This document shows positions 49,417 through 56,964 of a stretch of DNA of 64,000 bases, piece by piece (the first letter of the stretch is position 1; each line of letters starts with the position of its first letter). The stretch is from Chitinophagales bacterium (GTDB lineage Bacteria; Bacteroidota; Bacteroidia; Chitinophagales; LD1). Made by a program: the position numbers and the translations under genes. Location: contig JAEUVA010000046.1 in NCBI GenBank assembly GCA_016787045.1, positions 299,355 through 363,354 of the forward strand. Direction: 5' to 3'. The notes under the pieces are model-generated. The model did no database searches and was not told the DNA's origin. It saw only the letters and a program-made list of their open reading frames with translations.

Positions 49417-49839
49417 ATGCGTATAGAAATCATCTACGCCCTGCTGTCTATGATGGCCGCGGGTGTTACCTCGGTAATTGCAAAACAGGGATTAAAAAAT
49501 GTAAGCGGAGATACCGGATTATTTATTCGTACGCTCTTTGTTGCTCTTTTCATTTCCTTCAATTTCATAGTGTTTGGCTATGCAAAGGAAATGCGCCAAC
49601 TCACTAAAACCGATATTTTGTTTTTATGCGGCTCAGCAGTTACCACTACCCTTTCGTGGGTATTTTACTACAAAGCCATAAAGATTGGAAACGTGAGTGA
49701 AGTAGCACTTATTGATAAAGCCAGCATCCTCATCACCTTACTTTTATCGTTTTTTATTTTACGTGAACCGTTTACGGTAAAAATTGCTGCCGGTACTACG
49801 TGCATTTTGGCCGGGCTGATTATCTTAATATGGAAATAG
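49417..49839 (+). CDS. Half-size EamA/DMT-family transporter
   Basis: 140 aa, 4-5 TM helices, EamA-like pattern. Confidence 0.6.
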   Translation: MRIEIIYALLSMMAAGVTSVIAKQGLKNVSGDTGLFIRTLFVALFISFNFIVFGYAKEMRQLTKTDILFLCGSAVTTTLSWVFYYKAIKIGNVSEVALIDKASILITLLLSFFILREPFTVKIAAGTTCILAGLIILIWK

Positions 49840-49874
49840 TTTTTTAGATTCATCTAAATTTTTATTTTTGCACC

Positions 49875-51929
49875 ATGAAATTTATTTCATGGTTTGTATT
49901 ATTAGCTGTATTTGTGCGTTCCACAGCACAAGTTAATGTAAAGATTTCTGTTGATACATCGGTGGCTACTCCATCTCACCGTTTAGAGGAAGTGGTGATA
50001 AGCGGCACGCTGCAAGAGCGCAGCAAGTCAGATTGCCCCATAGCTGTTGAAAGCTACTCCGCCAAGTTTTTCCAAAAAAATGCCAGCATCAATCTGTTTG
50101 AAAGTATGAACATGATAAATGGTGTGCAGCCGCAGCTGAATTGCAGTGTATGCAATACGGGCGATATACACATTAACGGAATGGAAGGCCCATACACCAT
50201 GATACTGATTGATGGTATGCCAATAGTATCATCTCTTGCTACGGTTTATGGTTTGATGGGAATACCAAATGGTATGATTAAAAGGGTGGAGGTAGTTAAA
50301 GGCCCTGCTTCTACACTCTACGGCAGCGAAGCAGTAGCCGGACTGATAAACGTAATTACAAAATCGGGTATAGATGGCGATAGATTTAAGTTAGATTTTA
50401 ATGCCAGCAGTTTAGGTGAGTTTAATACAGATATAGCCGCAGCATTTCGGCTAAAAAAGGCGAACACATTGTTGGGCATCAACCACTTTAATTATTTGAT
50501 TCCGCGCGATGTAAATGACGATAATTTTACAGATGTTACCTTGCAGCATCGCCTATCTGTTTTCAATAAGTGGAATTTTGAACGCAAAAGCGGCAGAGTA
50601 TTTTCTTTAGCCGCTCGCTATGTGTGGGAAGACCGATGGGGTGGCCAAATGCAGTGGCAGAAAAAATTTTCGGGTAGCGATAGTGTTTACGGAGAAACCA
50701 TACTTACGCACCGTACAGAATTATTTGGCGCTTACCAGTTACCTACCGGTAACGAAAACTTGTTTTTAGATTACAGCTACAGCTACCACTTTCAAAATAG
50801 TTTTTACGGCACTGTGCACTATAAAGCCAAACAACATGTGGGCTTCGTGCAATTGCGCTATGTAAAGCAAACCGGCATACAACACATTACAGTAGGAGTG
50901 CCGTTGCGAGTTACTCACTATGACGATAACACCATTGCAACCTCTCAATCTGATTCTATTTTCACCAAAAACAAACCACAGCTAACCATTTTGCCGGGCA
51001 TTTTTGTTCAAGATGAATTAGTAATCACAAACAGGTTTACAGCATTGTTCGGTATCCGGTATGACTACAATTCATTGCACGGCAATATTTTTACTCCGCG
51101 ATTGGCATTTAAAATAACTCCGGTACCAAATCATGTGCTGCGATTGAATATTGGTAATGGGTACAGAGTAGTGAACCTGTTTACAGAAGACCATGCAGCA
51201 CTTACCGGTGCGCGCAAGGTGGTAATTGCTCAAAAACTAAAACCTGAGCAAAGTTGGAATGCCTCGCTTAACTATAACACGCAAATACAGCACAAATTTG
51301 GCTATGTAAACATAGATGGCAGTGTATTCTTTACTTATTTCACTAACCGGATAGTACCTGATTACATCAGCAACCCTACCGAAATTAGATACAATAATCT
51401 AAATGGTTATGGAATCTCGAATGGTGCTGCCGCTAATGTTGAGGCCAATTTCACTAATGGTCTAAAAATGCTTGTTGGGCTAACCTATGCCAACAACTAT
51501 CAGGTACACAGAAATGACAATGGAGAAAAAACGAAAACACAAGTGCTGCATGCGCCACGTTTTAGCGCAACCTTTAGCGCTGGGTATAGTATTCGTAAAT
51601 TAGGATTGAGTTTTGATTTGACAGGCCGCATCAATGGACCCATGTATTTGCCAGTAGTGCCCAATGACTTTCGCTCGGAAATATCCCCTTGGCACTGCAT
51701 ACTAAACTTGCAGGTAACCAAAACATTTAAACAGCAGATAGAACTATATGCCGGTGCAAAAAATATATTAAATTTTATCCCCGCTCATCCCATTCTTCGC
51801 CCGCACGATCCATTTAACAAAGCAATTGATGTTGATAATCCGAACAACTATCGCTTTGATACCAGCTACAACTATGCCTCGGTACAAGGAGCAAAAGCCC
51901 TGGTGGGTATCAGATATACATTAAAGTAA
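49875..51929 (+). CDS. TonB-dependent receptor (BtuB-like by context)
   Basis: Plug motifs 'LIDGMPIV' and 'VEVVKGPASTLYGSEAVAGLINVITK' plus a beta-barrel remainder. It lies in the riboswitch-led operon. The palindrome TTTAGAT-tc-ATCTAAA at 49843..49858 lies just upstream. Confidence 0.8.
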   Translation: MKFISWFVLLAVFVRSTAQVNVKISVDTSVATPSHRLEEVVISGTLQERSKSDCPIAVESYSAKFFQKNASINLFESMNMINGVQPQLNCSVCNTGDIHINGMEGPYTMILIDGMPIVSSLATVYGLMGIPNGMIKRVEVVKGPASTLYGSEAVAGLINVITKSGIDGDRFKLDFNASSLGEFNTDIAAAFRLKKANTLLGINHFNYLIPRDVNDDNFTDVTLQHRLSVFNKWNFERKSGRVFSLAARYVWEDRWGGQMQWQKKFSGSDSVYGETILTHRTELFGAYQLPTGNENLFLDYSYSYHFQNSFYGTVHYKAKQHVGFVQLRYVKQTGIQHITVGVPLRVTHYDDNTIATSQSDSIFTKNKPQLTILPGIFVQDELVITNRFTALFGIRYDYNSLHGNIFTPRLAFKITPVPNHVLRLNIGNGYRVVNLFTEDHAALTGARKVVIAQKLKPEQSWNASLNYNTQIQHKFGYVNIDGSVFFTYFTNRIVPDYISNPTEIRYNNLNGYGISNGAAANVEANFTNGLKMLVGLTYANNYQVHRNDNGEKTKTQVLHAPRFSATFSAGYSIRKLGLSFDLTGRINGPMYLPVVPNDFRSEISPWHCILNLQVTKTFKQQIELYAGAKNILNFIPAHPILRPHDPFNKAIDVDNPNNYRFDTSYNYASVQGAKALVGIRYTLK

Positions 51930-51940
51930 ATAATTAGTTA

Positions 51941-52639
51941 TCAATACCGTTCTTGGTTTATTTGTTTCAGCAAATCACGGATACGAGAAGAAAGATAAAG
52001 CATTTCCAATGCAATCCGGTGATTAAGTTGTTTATACTTTAATTTTTCGCGAACCGTTTTTTCAAAAGGTGTTGGGCTAGAGTAAGGTAAATGAAAAGTG
52101 GAATACTTTGCCGCATTGCCGCTTGGCTCTTTTTCATCGCAAATATTTACTACCACACCCATTGTAGTATCTATAGTCCCTACCATTGATTTAGAAGAAA
52201 CAATACTCTCCGGAAAATCTTTACTAATAGAAATCATGTAACCATTAGGATCGGCATTTGCTAACCTGCTGACATAAAAACCTACTTCACTCAAAACATT
52301 TGCCACACCACTATATACCGGTGTAACCGTATCTCCAATCGAAAAAGCATTTCTATCCGCCAAACCGTAGTAGTAAAATCCGGTTTGTGCCCATACTTGC
52401 AGCAGTACTGTTCTACGCGAATTGGTTTTGCATGTAAATACAATATACCGTTTATCTACCAAATCGCTGGCCATAAGGTCTAGCACTTGCTTACGTTCTT
52501 CTGATACGGTTCTGTAACTTTGGATTAACTGCTTGCAATATTTATCTAATTTGCTGGTAAAGCGATTTTCTTGCGCGTTTGTAGCAATAGCCAGCAAACA
52601 CCAAACAAAAACGAACAAACATTTATTGTGCTTCATCAA
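51941..52639 (-). CDS. Exported protein with LMW-phosphatase/ArsC-like CxxNSxR(T) motif
   Basis: Signal peptide 'CLLAIATNAQ'. 'IVFTCKTNSRRTV' fits the CX5R(S/T) P-loop of the LMW-PTP/ArsC fold. Last gene of the minus-strand receptor operon. Confidence 0.35.
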   Translation of the reverse strand: MMKHNKCLFVFVWCLLAIATNAQENRFTSKLDKYCKQLIQSYRTVSEERKQVLDLMASDLVDKRYIVFTCKTNSRRTVLLQVWAQTGFYYYGLADRNAFSIGDTVTPVYSGVANVLSEVGFYVSRLANADPNGYMISISKDFPESIVSSKSMVGTIDTTMGVVVNICDEKEPSGNAAKYSTFHLPYSSPTPFEKTVREKLKYKQLNHRIALEMLYLSSRIRDLLKQINQERY

Positions 52640-52683
52640 TTCAAACGAATATACTCATCACAAAATGTCTATTAAGGTTTATA

Positions 52684-53244
52684 CTACTGAATTTGCAACG
52701 GGAACGTAATATCCACATCAGTATCCCCGGGGGTTTCTGTGCCGTTTTTTGTACCCGGCTGGTGGCGCAAAACCACATTTACTTGTCCTACAGATGTCGA
52801 ACCGGTTATCCATTTGCTTTCTACCCCTACAGGTAAGTTGTTATCGTCTTTATCCGTTGCGTTCACAGCCAGGTTCCCAATAATATTCTTGTATAAAAAC
52901 AAATGGTCGTTCTTCTCATTTAGAATATCAGCTGTAACATTGTGTTCATGAACGCCATCATGCAAAGCATAAACCATAATATTTACTAAGTACACATTAG
53001 ATGCATTCAACTTTATAGTGTCTATCTGTGTGGGATTATTGCCCCCTATACCATCCGGATCTGCCCAGGTAAAAGTACCCACTGAAGTGTTGGTTGCAGA
53101 ATCCGTAAACATCAATTGCACTTTGGTGATAGCATCATGCTCATCATCATGATTATGGTCATCTGGCTTGCAGGCATACAAACCGATAACTATTAGCGCA
53201 AAAGTTACAGTAATTTGAATAGCGGTTTTGAACTGTGTGGTCAT
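52684..53244 (-). CDS. Lipoprotein with His/Asp-rich N-terminus
   Basis: Lipobox 'GLYAC' followed by 'KPDDHNHDDEHD'. Starts 1 nt after the receptor stop. Confidence 0.45.
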   Translation of the reverse strand: MTTQFKTAIQITVTFALIVIGLYACKPDDHNHDDEHDAITKVQLMFTDSATNTSVGTFTWADPDGIGGNNPTQIDTIKLNASNVYLVNIMVYALHDGVHEHNVTADILNEKNDHLFLYKNIIGNLAVNATDKDDNNLPVGVESKWITGSTSVGQVNVVLRHQPGTKNGTETPGDTDVDITFPLQIQ

Positions 53245-53245
53245 G

Positions 53246-55561
53246 TTATTTGTTTTTTTGTTTTAATAAAAATTGAATGGGAATTTGTATTCGCAACGCA
53301 ACATTTATTCCTTTCTCATCGGCAAAGTACCGGAATCGGTTTAAATAATCGCGATAACGAATGTTTAATGCGTTGGTGATAGAAATGTGAATGTGTAATG
53401 GTTGTTGGCGAATAAGAAACGAAGTACCGGTTTCAAAATTGAGTAGCCAATACGCCTTAGGTGGTGCTGAGTAATCCTGATTATCGGGTACTAAAGTTTG
53501 ACGAAAAACATGGGTAACAGATGTGCCCAAATAAAATCCTTTAGTGTTTTTAAAATCTTTAAACGTGTAGCGAACCCCGTTTTCCATCCGCTGTGGAGGC
53601 ATCAGTATCAACCATTCTTTTGCAGTTAAATTTCGTGCAAAAAGCAAAGATGTCTTGTTATTGATTTCCAATCCTTTTGCAGGCATTATAGTAATGTCAA
53701 CATCACTACCCGTAAGTGATGCGTTGGTCTGTGTGTAAGCAAAAGCCGGGTAGGCGCCACGAATAGTTAACTGCGCAGGTTGTGTGGGTTTGAGGTAAAT
53801 GTAGTTTTGAATCAGGTATTGATACAAACCAACCGATGTACGAAGCCACCTGTAACTGATCTGAAGTGATGTGGACACATCTAACGAAATTTCGGGTTGT
53901 AGTTTTGCACTGCCCCGCTCAAAAGAAGCAGAGCCATGATGCACCCCATCGGCATACAACTCTACCACTTGTGGCGCACGCCAGGCAGATGCCACATTTA
54001 TATTCCACCGAACATGTTCGTTAAAATGATAATCCATGCCTATGCTGCCACTTGGCACAATCCATTGGTGTATTGGTTTAGCTCCGCCTTTTGATACCGG
54101 CAAGTATGCCTGAAGCCATTTGTAATCTAAACGTACACCGGCTTCTAACTCTAACTTTTTGTAATTCCATCTTTCAATAGCATAAACACCTGTACCAAAG
54201 TTCCAGAAGCCGGGGATAAAGTACCCATACCTATAGTTATTGGTCTGTGTACTACCACTTACACCCACTATGCCCGAAAAACCACGAGTTGGTTTATGCT
54301 CCCAAGTGAAATCTAAAGTCATGGTTTGGATTAGAAACTGAAACGCAGGGCGGTCGTCATTATCCCCAATAGGTTTATGCTTATCAAACTCAGTACGCTG
54401 GTTATGCTGTAAGGCAAATGTGGCGGCAAACATACCCACCTTATCCGATTGTAAGTATCCTCGAAATTTTGCCAGTTGATGTACAATATCTTGATATGGG
54501 CGATTAATTGCATACGAAAATTTGCCTTGCTCTAATGGCACGGGTGAGTCAATGGCCTTTTGCAAATCGGTCAGGTTGTGAATGTGCGCAGCACTCAAAA
54601 TACCGATTTTAGTTTTGAAGAAACTGTAAAACACTTCTGCTCCGTAATGCTGTTTTTTCCAGCCCAGTGCTACTGAAAAGTTTCCTTCTTCCATACCGGT
54701 ATTTTTGAGCCAGTATTGCGGTGCTTTCGCGTTAGCTCCCTTTCTAAATGTTCCTTGAATACGCCATCCCAACGAAGGCACTTTAGCCAGATTGCCTTGC
54801 AGAATACCCGAAGTACTCACCTCGGCATTATTAGAAAAAGCCGCTAAATTAAATTCACCCTTTAGTTCCTGCTCGGTAGGTAAAGGAGCGGGGTCAACTA
54901 ATATAACACCTCCAATAGCATCGCTACCATAACGGAGCGATGAAGCACCCTTTATCAATGTAATTTTTTTAGCAATGTAAGGATCAATCTCCGGTGCATG
55001 TTCACTGCCCCATTGCTGACTTTCTAACCTCACCCCATTGTTGAGTATGAGCACTCTGTTGCTATGCAACCCGTGTATAACAGGTTTGGAAATAGTGGAG
55101 CAGGTATTGATGGTGGTTACTCCGGGTAGTTTGCTCACAGATTCGCCCAAAGTTAGGCCTTGTAACTTTTGTAGTTGCACGCCTTGTATCTCTTCTGTTG
55201 CCTGAGTTACATGGCTTTCTTTTTTATGTTGTACAATTTCTAAATTTTCTAAATCATGACCCTTGTGCGAAAGGATTATACGCACAGTAGTATCTGCAGC
55301 AATAGTGTACTCTAACTGTTTGGTCTCACATCCTAAATGCGATACAGTAAACACCACTTTGCCCGCACATAAGTTTTTCAACTCAAAACGCCCTTTGCTA
55401 TCAGATAATACCTGCACATTGTTTACAGTTACCACTGCTGCTTCTAATGCATCAATGCTATTCTCATCGGTAATTTTTCCTTTTACAGACAAAGAGCAGT
55501 TTTGCGCATGCACATACACAGATGCGTACATCACCAAAAGGTAAAGCAAAAACGATTTCAT
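53246..55561 (-). CDS. TonB-dependent receptor with CarboxypepD_reg N-terminal domain
   Basis: Signal peptide. 'SVKGKITDENS...' regulatory-like domain. Plug motif 'ITLIKGASSLRYGSDAIGGVILV'. Confidence 0.85.
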   Translation of the reverse strand: MKSFLLYLLVMYASVYVHAQNCSLSVKGKITDENSIDALEAAVVTVNNVQVLSDSKGRFELKNLCAGKVVFTVSHLGCETKQLEYTIAADTTVRIILSHKGHDLENLEIVQHKKESHVTQATEEIQGVQLQKLQGLTLGESVSKLPGVTTINTCSTISKPVIHGLHSNRVLILNNGVRLESQQWGSEHAPEIDPYIAKKITLIKGASSLRYGSDAIGGVILVDPAPLPTEQELKGEFNLAAFSNNAEVSTSGILQGNLAKVPSLGWRIQGTFRKGANAKAPQYWLKNTGMEEGNFSVALGWKKQHYGAEVFYSFFKTKIGILSAAHIHNLTDLQKAIDSPVPLEQGKFSYAINRPYQDIVHQLAKFRGYLQSDKVGMFAATFALQHNQRTEFDKHKPIGDNDDRPAFQFLIQTMTLDFTWEHKPTRGFSGIVGVSGSTQTNNYRYGYFIPGFWNFGTGVYAIERWNYKKLELEAGVRLDYKWLQAYLPVSKGGAKPIHQWIVPSGSIGMDYHFNEHVRWNINVASAWRAPQVVELYADGVHHGSASFERGSAKLQPEISLDVSTSLQISYRWLRTSVGLYQYLIQNYIYLKPTQPAQLTIRGAYPAFAYTQTNASLTGSDVDITIMPAKGLEINNKTSLLFARNLTAKEWLILMPPQRMENGVRYTFKDFKNTKGFYLGTSVTHVFRQTLVPDNQDYSAPPKAYWLLNFETGTSFLIRQQPLHIHISITNALNIRYRDYLNRFRYFADEKGINVALRIQIPIQFLLKQKNK

Positions 55562-55596
55562 TAGAAATTTTAGAAATGAAACAAGAAATACGAGAG

Positions 55597-55929
55597 TTAC
55601 AGTAGCTTATACTGTAACGGGGGGCCTCGGAGGTAAGAGGTGAACTTTTTTAAACTAACGTGATTGGTTTGCAAACCAGAGGAATAAGTAGGCGGAAAAT
55701 GAACAACAAACTTATTTGAGGGTGCAATGCCACCTTCAGCCACCACTAACAAGTCTATTTTACAAAAATCGCAATGAGACTCTTCGGCACCGTGTAAGTG
55801 ATTATCACAATGCTCGGTGGGCTGATGCTGTGTAAATAGGTAGTGCAGTTCGTGGTAACCAAAAGCAAACACCACAGCAGCAGCAAGCGAAGCAGCGAAT
55901 AGTTTGCGTAACTGGTTAACAAAAATCAT
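55597..55929 (-). CDS. Small membrane-anchored His/Cys-rich protein
   Basis: N-terminal TM helix, then 'HQPTEHCDNHLHGAEESHCDFC' and a C-terminal 'RGPP'. It is reminiscent of small metal-associated proteins found next to TonB receptors. Confidence 0.45.
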   Translation of the reverse strand: MIFVNQLRKLFAASLAAAVVFAFGYHELHYLFTQHQPTEHCDNHLHGAEESHCDFCKIDLLVVAEGGIAPSNKFVVHFPPTYSSGLQTNHVSLKKFTSYLRGPPLQYKLL

Positions 55930-55949
55930 GCGCCAAATATATGGTTGTG

Positions 55950-56933
55950 CTAATAATCGCGGGTGTTAATTTTCTGTGCAACTGCCGTCAGCATTTGTTT
56001 GGCAGACAGGTCAATACTTATGCTGCTGAGTGCCTCAATGGCCGCATTAAAAAGCTGCTCTGCTTTTTGGTTGCTTTGCTCATAACCACCGGTAGCTTTC
56101 ATCAATTCTTGTATGCCGGTTATCTTTTTTTGCTCATCCGCCTCTAGAAGCAAATGGTTTAACTGTTCGCGTTGGGCTAATGAAGCCAATTGCATGGTGC
56201 TGATCAGCAAATAGGTTTTCTTGTTGAGCAGAATATCACCTCCAATTTTTTTACCTACTTTTTCGCCTTCGCCAAAGGCATCAAGCAAATCATCTTTTAT
56301 TTGAAAAGAAAGGCCGAGATACAAACCAAAATCGTATGCTTTTTTTTGCTCATCGGCACTTGCTCCGGCCACAATAGCACCTATTTGCATACAGCAGGCC
56401 AAGAGTACCGATGTTTTGTACTCTACCATCTTGAGGTACTCGTGCAGTGATACATCGGCACGGGTTTCAAAATCCACATCCATTTGTTGTCCTTCAAATA
56501 TTTCAATGGCCGTTTTATTAAATATATCTAATAGAGCCGGGATTTTTACCCCCTCTACCGATGTGAGATATTTGTAGGCATAGGCCAACATCACATCACC
56601 GGCAAGTATTGCAGCGTTGGTACCATACACTTTATGCACCGTGGGCTGGCCTCTGCGGATATCTGCCTTATCCATTATATCATCGTGCACCAATGTAAAA
56701 TTGTGAAACACTTCCATAGCAAATGCGGGGCTCATGGCCTGTTGCACATCTCCGCCAAACATATCGCAACTCATTAGCACTAACAAAGGGCGTATTTTCT
56801 TTCCCTTCATTTGCATAATATGCTCTACCGGCTTATACAAATTGGTAGGGCTTGTATTAAAATTATTCTTACTAAAATTTGCTTCGTACTGTTTTAGTAG
56901 CTCTTCGGGGTGCTGCATAGTTTCTTTAAACAA
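55950..56933 (-). CDS. Polyprenyl (farnesyl/geranylgeranyl) diphosphate synthase
   Basis: First Asp-rich motif 'LVHDDIMDKADIRRG'. Second Asp-rich motif 'FQIKDDLLD'. Confidence 0.85.
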   Translation of the reverse strand: MFKETMQHPEELLKQYEANFSKNNFNTSPTNLYKPVEHIMQMKGKKIRPLLVLMSCDMFGGDVQQAMSPAFAMEVFHNFTLVHDDIMDKADIRRGQPTVHKVYGTNAAILAGDVMLAYAYKYLTSVEGVKIPALLDIFNKTAIEIFEGQQMDVDFETRADVSLHEYLKMVEYKTSVLLACCMQIGAIVAGASADEQKKAYDFGLYLGLSFQIKDDLLDAFGEGEKVGKKIGGDILLNKKTYLLISTMQLASLAQREQLNHLLLEADEQKKITGIQELMKATGGYEQSNQKAEQLFNAAIEALSSISIDLSAKQMLTAVAQKINTRDY

Positions 56934-56964
56934 ACCGTTAATCAGAAGGTTTGCCGGTGCAATA

